IMG/VR virus record: IMGVR_UViG_3300043411_000952
Location: 10,194 to 74,193 of that record
From: a virus
Reading direction: 5' to 3' (one strand)
DNA length: 64,000 bases
Numbering within the stretch: the first letter of the stretch is position 1; each line of letters opens with the position of its first letter. Of this stretch, positions 1 through 9,002 are shown in pieces. The position numbers and the translations under genes are program-made. A model generated the notes under the pieces. The model did not search any database and was not told where the DNA came from. It was given only the letters and a program-made list of their open reading frames with translations.

Positions 1-41
1 GCAGAGTAAACCCAACAGGCGTCACCCGCCTAGGGGTACTG

Positions 42-63
42 GGGATCTTCGGATCCCTTTTTT
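42..63 (+). terminator. Intrinsic terminator
   Basis: GGGATC-TTCG-GATCCC hairpin followed by T6. Confidence 0.85.
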
Positions 64-88
64 ATTTATCCGATATAACGCTATATCT

Positions 89-108
89 TGTGTTATATAA
101 ATTTGTAC
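89..108 (+). promoter_or_regulatory. Phage promoter motif copy 1 (TGTGTTATATAAATTTGTAC)
   Basis: Near-identical 20-mer recurs at 8 intergenic sites, always upstream of a + strand unit. Confidence 0.8.
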
Positions 109-140
109 GCACCGGAATTATCTAGGACGTACTTAAACAT

Positions 141-2138
141 ATGTTCTTACACATCAAGCAACAAGTACAGAAGCGCTTTAATGAGCTTCTGCAAAATGGT
201 CCCGTATTTTGCGTGGCCGTAGATAAGGAGAAGATCTGGGAAATGTACCTCGCTGCATTCCCGGAACAATATAAACAGGAAAACACCTGTAACTGCTGTA
301 AATCTTTTATCCGTCAGTTCTCAGGACTGGTCGGTATTAAAGATAACAAGGTCCTCACTATGTGGGACTTTGAATGCACAGATCCAGAATACACTGACGC
401 GGTTAAAGTCATGCGGGATTACATCCTCTCCTGCGAGATCGATTCAGTTTATGTCAATTCGTTCGCCAAGTTGGGGACGGATAAGACTCCTGATCCTAAG
501 CGCTCCGTAGTTTGGGAACATTATTTTGTCGCCCTTCCAGGTAACATGGTTAAGCACGAAGCTGATATCGGACCGCACCAAGGTAATGCCAGGGATAATA
601 AAAATGTTCTTAAGCGTTCTCTGGATGAGATCACTGATGACGCGGTTAATACTGTGCTCGAATTGATTTCGCAGAATTCTCTTTATCGTGGTTCTGAACA
701 TAAAGCTACACTGACTGAATTCCTTAAACTTAAAGAGGAGTACAAGAAGGTACCTAATGCTCTGCGTGACAACTTCTGCTGGGTGCAGAGCGTTAAGACT
801 CACGCGGCGGTTTGTCGCATCCGTAATACGTCCATCGGCACGCTGCTTGTGGACTTGTCTGAGGGGCGTGATCTGGATGGCGCTGTAGCTGCGTTTGAGC
901 GCGTTGTGGCTCCTGCTAACTACAAGCGTCCTACTGCGCTGGTTACCCCAAGGATGATCGAACAGGCGCAGCAACGTCTGACTGAGTTGGGTATGCTAGG
1001 CTCGCTAGAGCGGCGCATTCTGGACAGCCGCGATCTCAATGTCAACAATACGTTGTTCGTGCATCGCCCATCTGGTAGTGGAGTTTCTGATGTCTTTGCC
1101 GACCTGAAGAAGGACACTGTCGTAAATCCCAAGAGTCTTAATAAAGTTGAGGAAATCAACATCCAGGATTTTGTGGATAAAGTTCTACCCCATGCCAAAG
1201 CTATTAAAGTTCTCGTGGAGAATATCCACATGCCAAACTTTGTGACTTTGGTTGGAGCCAAGAATCCGGCAGATCCTACCATGTTTAAATGGGGAAACAA
1301 TTTCTCCTGGGCTTACACCGGGGATGTGACTGACTCCATCAAAGAGCGAGTGAAAGCCGCTGGCGGTAACGTCACTGGTGTCCTGCGCGTCAGCTTGTCC
1401 TGGCATAACCATGATGACTTGGACCTGCATATCATTGAGCCGAATGGTTATCGTATTCATTTCGGTAACAAACGGCAATTGTCGCCTACTGGCGGCATGC
1501 TGGATGTCGATATGAACATGGGCGGTGGCAAAACCCGCACGCCTGTAGAAAATATCTGCTGGGCGCAAGCTCCAAAAACGGAAGGTAAATATTCCGTGAT
1601 TGTAAATAATTATTGCCGTCGTGATAATCAAGACGGTGGCTTCGAAGTTGAGATTGAGTATAACGGTGAAATTGAAACATTCACTTCTAACACCAACGCG
1701 GCGACAGGTAAAAATTTCCCTATTGGTGAGTTTAATTACACCAAAAAAGATGGTGTCCAGTTTATTAATTCTAGCGGTAAATCCAATATAGCTAAATATA
1801 ACTCCAGAGAGAAGTGGGGCGTTAAGACTGGGCAGTTCGTCCCTGTTCGCGCTGTCACGCTCTCGCCAAACTTCTGGAATGCTGCCGCAGGAAACAAACA
1901 CTATATGTTCCTGTTGGAAGGTTGTAAATCGGACGAAAAGACTCGGCCATTCTTCAATGAGTTCCTCACACCAGAGCTCGACGCGGACCGTAAGGTCTTC
2001 GAGGTTCTGGGCAGTAAGGTAAATGTAGACAAAGCAGAAGATGAGTTGTCCGGTATCGGTTTCTCCGACACCGCGCGCAATCATGTTTTTGTTGAAGTCG
2101 AGGGCGCATTCAAACGCGTCGTCAAAGTTAATTTCTAA
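141..2138 (+). CDS. Conserved large-phage protein with YfaP/DUF2135-like domain
   Basis: 665 aa ORF; LRVSLSW..HDDLDLHIIEP and LDVDMN...VENI motifs typical of YfaP-like domains; N-terminal CNCC. Confidence 0.6.
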   Translation: MFLHIKQQVQKRFNELLQNGPVFCVAVDKEKIWEMYLAAFPEQYKQENTCNCCKSFIRQFSGLVGIKDNKVLTMWDFECTDPEYTDAVKVMRDYILSCEIDSVYVNSFAKLGTDKTPDPKRSVVWEHYFVALPGNMVKHEADIGPHQGNARDNKNVLKRSLDEITDDAVNTVLELISQNSLYRGSEHKATLTEFLKLKEEYKKVPNALRDNFCWVQSVKTHAAVCRIRNTSIGTLLVDLSEGRDLDGAVAAFERVVAPANYKRPTALVTPRMIEQAQQRLTELGMLGSLERRILDSRDLNVNNTLFVHRPSGSGVSDVFADLKKDTVVNPKSLNKVEEINIQDFVDKVLPHAKAIKVLVENIHMPNFVTLVGAKNPADPTMFKWGNNFSWAYTGDVTDSIKERVKAAGGNVTGVLRVSLSWHNHDDLDLHIIEPNGYRIHFGNKRQLSPTGGMLDVDMNMGGGKTRTPVENICWAQAPKTEGKYSVIVNNYCRRDNQDGGFEVEIEYNGEIETFTSNTNAATGKNFPIGEFNYTKKDGVQFINSSGKSNIAKYNSREKWGVKTGQFVPVRAVTLSPNFWNAAAGNKHYMFLLEGCKSDEKTRPFFNEFLTPELDADRKVFEVLGSKVNVDKAEDELSGIGFSDTARNHVFVEVEGAFKRVVKVNF

Positions 2139-2163
2139 GCACAAACCCAAATCACACAACACA

Positions 2164-2562
2164 ATGTCAATCGAAGCAATCGTCATCAAAGCCGCGCGTA
2201 AGAAGTGGCGTTTCGCAACCACCAAAGGCCACCTCAGCTTTGAGGATCTTTGGGATCTCAGCCTGGAGGCGCTCGATAAGATCGCCGTCGCGCTGGATGA
2301 GAAAATCCAGAAGGGAGGACGTAAGTCCTTCATCACGAAGAAGACCGAGAGCATGACCGAAGAGCAGGGCATGTTCGACCTCGTCAGCTTTGTCATCGAA
2401 ACCAAGATGGCAGAGGCAGACGCCGCCAAAGATCGCGCCGCTAAGCGCGGTCAGCGTGAGTTCCTTGAGGAGCTCAAGAAGAAGAAGCAGATCGCCTCTC
2501 TCGAGGGTCTGTCCCTTGAGGATATCGATAAGCAGATCGCCGCACTCGGAGCAACCGAGTAA
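2164..2562 (+). CDS. Conserved phage hypothetical protein (coiled-coil C-terminus)
   Basis: ATG at 2164 after an AC-rich leader; RF.T.KG.LS.EDLWDL motif; strongly GC3-rich codons. Confidence 0.75.
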   Translation: MSIEAIVIKAARKKWRFATTKGHLSFEDLWDLSLEALDKIAVALDEKIQKGGRKSFITKKTESMTEEQGMFDLVSFVIETKMAEADAAKDRAAKRGQREFLEELKKKKQIASLEGLSLEDIDKQIAALGATE

Positions 2563-2574
2563 AACCAAAACCAC

Positions 2575-2608
2575 GCCGTCAGGAGTTAATTCTCCTGGCG
2601 GCTTTTTT
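2575..2608 (+). terminator. Intrinsic terminator
   Basis: GCCGTCAGGAG / CTCCTGGCGGC stem followed by T6. Confidence 0.85.
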
Positions 2609-2676
2609 ATTACGCGCATCTCTCAGGTTTTTCCTAGAAAAAAGCCGAAAAATTCTTTTGCAACAAGTTACCTTAG

Positions 2677-2696
2677 TGTGTTATATAAATTTGTAC
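2677..2696 (+). promoter_or_regulatory. Phage promoter motif copy 2
   Basis: TGTGTTATATAAATTTGTAC, identical to 89-108 and 51161-51180. Confidence 0.8.
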
Positions 2697-3150
2697 GGGT
2701 AGTAATATCTGTGCTATAATCCAACACAAGTTGGCGCAGATACGTAAAATAGTGTAATGCGTATTCAAGAAAATAAACTAACACTAGTTACTCCCTCCCG
2801 AGGTTCTAACCCTCGGGAGGTTAGATAATTGCTCTTAAAGCGCCCTGAATCTCCTCACGGGTTCAGACGGTTACAAGGCCGAATGCCCAGCCTGGGCCGA
2901 CAGGCGAAGCTGCTCTGCCTCTTTGCAGAGAACGTTGAGTAAGAGCAATCTGGATCTGATATGACAGTCATACTTAGACTGAGCTAGTATATGGTCACTC
3001 TGCAATGATCATAGTATTAGCCTTATCCAGGAAACAACCCCCATCCATTAAGACATCAACCGCGCGGCTCAGAGCTGATCTGACATGGACCAAGTTGTAG
3101 GGAGGCGCGAATATTTACAGAGATGTAAATTATTCGCGCCTTTCTTTTAC
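2697..3150 (+). ncRNA. Putative ~450-nt structured non-coding RNA
   Basis: No ORF of 60 aa or more; bounded by promoter motif and terminator; many nested helices (2794-2803/2811-2820, 2828-2837/2940-2949, 2950-2955/3025-3030). Confidence 0.65.
3101..3150 (+). terminator. Intrinsic terminator
   Basis: AGGCGCGAATA / TATTCGCGCCT stem followed by TTCTTTT. Confidence 0.8.
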
Positions 3151-3267
3151 ATATTATGTAATATAAGGGTCTACCAAATAAGGACGACCTTGAGGCGAGA
3201 ACGTCCAGGCTCACACGCGAGCCGGGGCGGAAACCTCCGCTGAAACAACTGACTCTCTACCAAAAAA

Positions 3268-3522
3268 ATGAACTCTAATACTCCAGAAAGCCCGGCTCGT
3301 TGTGTGCAGCCTGCTTGTTCGGCCTTCTTGCGCACGATCAATGGCGATCTCTACACTAAGCCTGTCTTCACTGCCCTGGATGACTGCTATGAGCAGGGGC
3401 AAGCCGCAAGCTCACAGGGCTACCGCCGCGACCAAAATCCGTATCCCAAGGGCACCGCTCAGCGGGAATGGTGGGATGGCGGATACTGCAACGAAACCGA
3501 CGAACTAACTGGAGAAGCATGA
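3268..3522 (+). CDS. Rmf/CrpP-like small protein
   Basis: CYEQGQAA..G.....NPY......REWWDGGY resembles the ribosome modulation factor pattern. Confidence 0.55.
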   Translation: MNSNTPESPARCVQPACSAFLRTINGDLYTKPVFTALDDCYEQGQAASSQGYRRDQNPYPKGTAQREWWDGGYCNETDELTGEA

Positions 3523-3830
3523 GCACGGGAGAAATCATCATCAATGCAGTAATTCGCGCTGCCGCTGTCGAATCTGCTGTAATCACTGAGGGCAGAACCG
3601 TCTTTGTGTGGGCGACAAATGCCGCAGAGCAGATTGAAGCCGCGATTGCAGAGGCAGGCTACGAACTGAGGCCGAACATGATGTTACCTTCGCCTTTGAT
3701 GTCCCTTATATTCACTGGTCCTTTAGTAGTTTGCATACCCGCAGTATTCGGTAAACCTCCTGCTCTGAAACTTCCAAAGCTTTTAGCCTCAGGTATAGAA
3801 ACGCGTTCTGGGTTTAGTGTAGACTTTTGA
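3519..3830 (+). CDS. Hypothetical protein; 3' part reads antisense into the kinase-like gene
   Basis: ATG overlaps the previous stop (ATGA); composition changes near 3670. Confidence 0.45.
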   Translation: MSTGEIIINAVIRAAAVESAVITEGRTVFVWATNAAEQIEAAIAEAGYELRPNMMLPSPLMSLIFTGPLVVCIPAVFGKPPALKLPKLLASGIETRSGFSVDF

Positions 3831-4264
3831 AATCTCTGAACGAAATCTAGCCACTGTTTTTTATTACTGGAAGGTAGTGACAAGATTTCCTTCAATACAT
3901 TAGGTTTAGGAGGTGCCGCGTTTAATCTTGGAATTGCATAGCCTCTCCCACCTCTGATCGTAGACAGAATCTCCGGGAAAATGGACGAGGAAGAGAATAA
4001 GTTCTTTATGCTCTCTACTCTTTTTTCAGCTCTAGGTGATCCTTTTTGAGATATGAGCTTTAAGGCGGAAGGCCCGTGCTTTCCGGTAAAGCTTTCGTAA
4101 ACTTTACCTTCTCCGCCGCCGCCTAGTAGCTTTGGTTTGCCCTCTACATTTTTCAACAGCCTTGTTTTATTTGCCGGAAGACCTGCAGTTAATTTTTCTA
4201 TACTTTTAGGAGACAGTCCTTTAGCCAAAGCGCGAACCCAAGCTGGTGTCGCTTGCTTATTCAT
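3659..4264 (-). pseudogene. Protein-kinase-like ORF, apparently C-terminally truncated
   Basis: LGGGGEGKVY Gly loop, SALK lysine, IRDIKGEGNIM catalytic loop, then a stop with no DFG; likely start MNKQAT at 4264. Confidence 0.55.
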
Positions 4265-4324
4265 ACCACTAATTAAAGTTAATGTCTCTAGATTCACATA
4301 CATACAGTAAACCATTAAAACAAC

Positions 4325-4540
4325 ATGACAATTGTAAAAGCACGTATCACTGAACAACCTAAATCATTATTTGATCCTATGCCTGAGGTGTGGGTTACAT
4401 ACGACGACGGAGAAGAAGAGAAACTCTTTTCTTACTACCCTGACGAGATTTCGTTTGATGCTGATGAATTTATAGGTTTAACAAGGGGCGGCGCGTTCAA
4501 GCTTTACCACAAAAAAGACGTGGCGTATTTAAAGGCATAA
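4325..4540 (+). CDS. Conserved phage hypothetical protein
   Basis: 71 aa ORF with MPEVWV...LFSYYPDEISF...EFIGLT; abuts sbcD. Confidence 0.7.
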   Translation: MTIVKARITEQPKSLFDPMPEVWVTYDDGEEEKLFSYYPDEISFDADEFIGLTRGGAFKLYHKKDVAYLKA

Positions 4541-4541
4541 T

Positions 4542-5684
4542 ATGATTAAAATAATTCACACAGCCGATTGGCATTTACGCGATATGCAGTTTGGAAAGAC
4601 TGCGCGCGCTCAAGACTTTACTGATTCTGTTTTCCGTATCGTGGATATCGCAGTTCAGAATCAAGTTGATTATATTTTATGCGCTGGGGACATTCTGAAC
4701 TCTAAACGCCCTAGTAGCCGTAACATCGCGGATCTCATTCGTCTGAACCAAAAGCTTCTGACGAATAAAGTTAAGTTGTTCGTCATCACAGGCAACCACG
4801 ATAAATGTCATCCTTCGTGGATTAAGGTACTACAGGAAGAAATGCAGGAGAATGGGCAGTGCGCTATTTACGATATTGATTTCCAACTCTTCAGTATGAA
4901 AGCTAGAGATGGAAAAGAATATACAATCTACGGCGTACCTGATATGGCCCCGGATGATTTCCGGGAAAAGAGCGTAGATTTTCCTGAAGCTGACTTCATG
5001 ATGTTCCATGCCTTAATTAAGGACTTCGCCGCCTTTGACGCTGGAGATAAAGTCTTGAAAGTTGAAGACTTACCTACAGATAAGTATAAAGCTATACTAC
5101 TAGGTGATATTCACACGCATAAATACATCGATCTGGAAACATGCGTCGTAGGCTATCCCGGCTCTACCGAGTTGTGTTCGCGTAATGAGAGTACAGACAA
5201 GTATGTAACGCTATTCACACTACATGATAATGGTGAGCTACAAAGAGACTCTATTCCTCTTACATTAAATAAACCAATCATTGCTGAAGATATACGCACG
5301 GTTGATGAAGCCAACGACTTGCTTCTTAAAATTAATGAAGTTAAGGACGAGCATCCTACGATTCTTGTACGTAAAGATCCATCATTCACAGATCTCTATA
5401 TACGCATCGCGCGAATCGTAGATACTAGTAAGTGTATTATCAGGGTTACAAATTTACAGCAGGCTGGATTTAAACTTATTAATATTGTCAGTCGTAGAAC
5501 TGATAACCCTACAGGTAAACAACCTGTAGATTTTGTTTCGGACTATTTCCCTAATGGTTCTGATATATTTGAATTAGCCCAAGCCCTTTGTGATCCGCAG
5601 GCTGCTGCTCCTCACCTGATTGAAAGTTTCATAGATAAAAGACTATATGCGAATAAAAAAGCTACTGATAAAAAATTTGGGTAA
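4542..5684 (+). CDS. sbcD: SbcD/Mre11-like metallophosphoesterase nuclease
   Basis: HTADWH, AGD, GNHD and LGDIH motifs. Confidence 0.9.
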   Translation: MIKIIHTADWHLRDMQFGKTARAQDFTDSVFRIVDIAVQNQVDYILCAGDILNSKRPSSRNIADLIRLNQKLLTNKVKLFVITGNHDKCHPSWIKVLQEEMQENGQCAIYDIDFQLFSMKARDGKEYTIYGVPDMAPDDFREKSVDFPEADFMMFHALIKDFAAFDAGDKVLKVEDLPTDKYKAILLGDIHTHKYIDLETCVVGYPGSTELCSRNESTDKYVTLFTLHDNGELQRDSIPLTLNKPIIAEDIRTVDEANDLLLKINEVKDEHPTILVRKDPSFTDLYIRIARIVDTSKCIIRVTNLQQAGFKLINIVSRRTDNPTGKQPVDFVSDYFPNGSDIFELAQALCDPQAAAPHLIESFIDKRLYANKKATDKKFG

Positions 5685-8184
5685 ACATAGACATTTAGAG
5701 GCAACTCTAGATGGATCTGTTGTAGGATTGATGGGACCTAATGGTTCAGGTAAATCCACTATTCTTAAATTAATTCATTTTCTTGTTACTGGCTGGACAC
5801 CAGCTAAGGAAACACAAGAATCCTTTATTCGTAAGGTGGACCCGGAGATTGAGGCCGAGCCCGCCTGTGGTTCCGCTGAAATGGAATTCTACGCGCAAGG
5901 AAACACGTATAGAATTAGTCGAAAGATCGGATCTCCCTCCTCCAGAAAGCTCGTAAAGCTGGATGCTAAAGGAAAGGAAATCAAAGACGAAACATATACC
6001 AGCGCAGCAGAGATACAGGCTCTTTTAACTGAAATCCTTGGCGCTGACAAGTATGCTATTGATAACGCTGTGTTTCCTGAACAGGGTGCATTGGATAAAA
6101 TATTATTTGGGTCCCAGGCGGAGCGTGAAGAGTTGCTGGTAAAGCTACTCCTGCTAGGGCATATGCAGAAGGTGGCGGATGTAGCGGCAGGTAAAATCAA
6201 AATACTGGCCTCTGAGATTCAGGACTTCTCGACTTTGCATGATGAGCTACAGGCGACCAGAAATAGCGCAGAAGTAGAGCTCGCTACCGCCGAGGAGCAG
6301 CTGGTGCGTACTCGCAGTTATGCAGCAGAAATTAAACTATATGAAGATTGGGAACGCGCAGTTAATGAGTTAACATCTAATTCATCTCATCTGCTGAGCG
6401 CCAAAAATGCCGCCCGCATTAATGAAGATAAAGTAGCCGCTGTTCTGGAAGAGCAAACTACCAAGTTAGGGGTAGCTATAAACTCACCTGAGGAATTAGG
6501 TAATTGGGTTGATAAACTCAAAAATAAAATTAAGGGCGCGCATCAGACGGTAGCCGCGCTACAAGACACCAAAGGTAAGGCAGCCCAGTATAAAAGTATC
6601 GCTGAACGTATAGTTAATTATAATAATGATCTGTTACTTCTTAAAGCGGATTGTCCTGCGCCTGTAGACCCTAACTTGATTTCTAGCCTGGATAAAAAAA
6701 TCAGGGATCAGAACCTCCGGGAGATGTACCGGTTGGAAGTTCAGGAGGCTACAGTTAAAGGAAAGGAAACTAGGGATAGAGTTGATAGACTTGTAGAGAT
6801 AGTTAAGGAACTAACTGAAGATTTAAAACGTGTCGAGGACGAGGAACAAACACTATCTAACGAGAGAGCGCTGTTCAAAACTATCGTAGATACGTGTAAG
6901 CTAGCGTTGGATAATAACTGTACCGCTGACTGCCCGGTGTGCGGAGAGAGTGTTTCTCACGAAAAACTGAGATCCAGACTCGAGACATATAATGTCAAAC
7001 TATTAGAAGCCTCTAAGAAGTTGCACGACATTAGTACTAGCCATGCGCAGACGAGTAAGCAGATGCGTGACATGCAGCATGACCTAACTCAACGGCAGAC
7101 ATTACTATCTTTGTACATTAAAAAATACAAAGATAACAAAGCGCTACTTGATGCAGGCACAGATGAAGACGTACAAGTTTTTAGGGATCAGCTTACTAGT
7201 CTAAATCACGCCACGGCTAAACGCGCGTCCGATATTAAAAGCATAAATAAAATTGAATTTGAGATTAAAACATTAGAGTTTTCTATTCAAGGTTACACTG
7301 AAGAAGAAGTTAAAAGTTTCCATGAGTTAGATATTACCGCTTTGGATAAAGAGGTAACCGAGCTCAAAGATAAGGTCGAGCACTGGAGCTCTAAGCTGGA
7401 TGAGTTGTCTAAAACTTATATTAACATTCAACAACTTATCTCGGCCAGAGAAACGGAGATTAAACGCTCCAAGGAATTTGCTGCTGCATGTGAGGGCTTC
7501 GCTCTAAAAAGGGATGCAATCTTTGACTCTTTTCCTCCGCAACTAAAGAAATTAGTTGAGCAAGGGGGTGAGACAAAAGACACTCTCATAGAGAACAATA
7601 AATTATATAATCAACTAGAAGCCAAAGCAGCGCAGCTTAAAGTCCAGGCCAACAGCATACGTAAACGGTTACGTGAAATTGAGGACAAAATTAAATTGGA
7701 TGAAGATAAACGCGCGGTGATACAGGAATTACAGCGCGTGGTGCATGCGTTCTCTAGACAGGGTATTCCCATGGCTTATGTACAACATAAGTTTGATAGC
7801 CTTGTCAGCATGACTCAGGATAACTTGGAAATTATGGATGCGAACTTCGCTATTATTCCGCATCCCTCTAAACCAGTTAGTCTGCAGTTCTACCGCGTAG
7901 ACGAGCCGGGGCAAGTATTGTTCGACCACGACAAACTATCTGGCGGTCAGAAGGTAAGGTTATCCATCGCCTTCCTTTTAGCTGTTCAGCAATTAGTAAT
8001 CCCGGAATTAGGCTTCCTAGTTTTGGATGAACCTTCTACGCATTTGGATGAGGAGGCTAGAGAAAATTTGAAAGAGCTCTTGCTAAATCTAAATCAACAG
8101 CTAGAAAGTACAGACACTCAAATTCTCGTTTGCGACCACGCAAGAGAGCTTGAACCTGCTTTTGTAAATGTAATTCAATTATGA
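5647..8184 (+). CDS. sbcC: SbcC/Rad50-like SMC ATPase
   Basis: Walker A GPNGSGKST, coiled coil with CPVC zinc hook, LSGGQ signature, LDEPSTHLD Walker B. Confidence 0.93.
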   Translation: MRIKKLLIKNLGKHRHLEATLDGSVVGLMGPNGSGKSTILKLIHFLVTGWTPAKETQESFIRKVDPEIEAEPACGSAEMEFYAQGNTYRISRKIGSPSSRKLVKLDAKGKEIKDETYTSAAEIQALLTEILGADKYAIDNAVFPEQGALDKILFGSQAEREELLVKLLLLGHMQKVADVAAGKIKILASEIQDFSTLHDELQATRNSAEVELATAEEQLVRTRSYAAEIKLYEDWERAVNELTSNSSHLLSAKNAARINEDKVAAVLEEQTTKLGVAINSPEELGNWVDKLKNKIKGAHQTVAALQDTKGKAAQYKSIAERIVNYNNDLLLLKADCPAPVDPNLISSLDKKIRDQNLREMYRLEVQEATVKGKETRDRVDRLVEIVKELTEDLKRVEDEEQTLSNERALFKTIVDTCKLALDNNCTADCPVCGESVSHEKLRSRLETYNVKLLEASKKLHDISTSHAQTSKQMRDMQHDLTQRQTLLSLYIKKYKDNKALLDAGTDEDVQVFRDQLTSLNHATAKRASDIKSINKIEFEIKTLEFSIQGYTEEEVKSFHELDITALDKEVTELKDKVEHWSSKLDELSKTYINIQQLISARETEIKRSKEFAAACEGFALKRDAIFDSFPPQLKKLVEQGGETKDTLIENNKLYNQLEAKAAQLKVQANSIRKRLREIEDKIKLDEDKRAVIQELQRVVHAFSRQGIPMAYVQHKFDSLVSMTQDNLEIMDANFAIIPHPSKPVSLQFYRVDEPGQVLFDHDKLSGGQKVRLSIAFLLAVQQLVIPELGFLVLDEPSTHLDEEARENLKELLLNLNQQLESTDTQILVCDHARELEPAFVNVIQL

Positions 8185-8663
8185 GCGATGTAGCTACTCT
8201 GTATAATGTGAAGATCAAATTGACTTCTTCCTGGCTGGGCAACCAAAGAACTCGGGAGAACGTTCGTCGTTTTCGTCGGGATCGGGAGGGTAAGCTTGCT
8301 GTCGATATGGCTCAGTGGAGCTGGACTTTTCAGCAAGCTGCCGAAGCCCTGCATATGGTAGATATCGATACGGATACTATTCGTCCTCAGATGAATATCG
8401 ATCCTCCGTCTTTAGTTTTATACAGACGTAACTACACTCATAAGAATAAACAGCAATGTGAAATGTTTGAAGCTATTCGCGAAAACTGTGTTTTGACAAT
8501 ACAGGTCTTAGTAACAGCTACAGACAAGCAGGATAAGTTTGCTCCAGATCTGGCTAGGCTCAGAGACATATTCAGATTTACAGGTATGTTTCTGGGTCTA
8601 AGCCCGTGGGGCGGGCAATATGGTTATGGTCGTTTTGATGTAGAGGAAATCACTCCTCTTTAA
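8181..8663 (+). CDS. Stand-alone RAMP-superfamily (Cas7/Csm3-like) protein
   Basis: N-terminal strand YNVKIKLTSSWLG, RDREG.....W...F...A helix, FEAI....VLTIQV strand, C-terminal Gly loop GMFLGLSPWGGQYGYGRFDV. Confidence 0.55.
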   Translation: MSDVATLYNVKIKLTSSWLGNQRTRENVRRFRRDREGKLAVDMAQWSWTFQQAAEALHMVDIDTDTIRPQMNIDPPSLVLYRRNYTHKNKQQCEMFEAIRENCVLTIQVLVTATDKQDKFAPDLARLRDIFRFTGMFLGLSPWGGQYGYGRFDVEEITPL

Positions 8664-8770
8664 TTTAGTTATCAGAAATAAACAATTTGTATGAGACAGT
8701 CAAATGACACGAAAAGAAAAACGCATCAAGTTAGCCGCCTACGAGGCAGCAAATAAAGTAAAACCTTAAT

Positions 8771-8965
8771 ATGAATAAAAAAGTAAATAAAAGTAAAGAC
8801 GGCAGGCCCGCTCACGTGCCTATTTTGTCTTTGCGCTGTGCTGAGTGCGGTACCATAGTTACGAATCCTGAGAAGTTAGCGTCACCAGGCGCAGTGAAAC
8901 TGGGTTTTGTTCTGTGTTCGTTTAAATGCGCGCAGAGCTGGACCGCCGCTACCGGGATGGTGTAG
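8771..8965 (+). CDS. Small zinc-finger protein
   Basis: CAEC ... LCSFKC. Confidence 0.55.
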   Translation: MNKKVNKSKDGRPAHVPILSLRCAECGTIVTNPEKLASPGAVKLGFVLCSFKCAQSWTAATGMV

Positions 8966-9002
8966 ATAGTTAAGTGTGTTCAAAATTTTTAGAGATTTAT
9001 AA

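Noticed and set aside
1185-2429. 414-aa minus-strand ORF, and other antisense ORFs in the track
   Set aside because: Antisense shadows of well-supported + strand genes with no recognisable motifs
8664-9002. Guide or repeat array next to the RAMP-like gene
   Set aside because: No direct repeats or short-period motif visible; the space holds small ORFs
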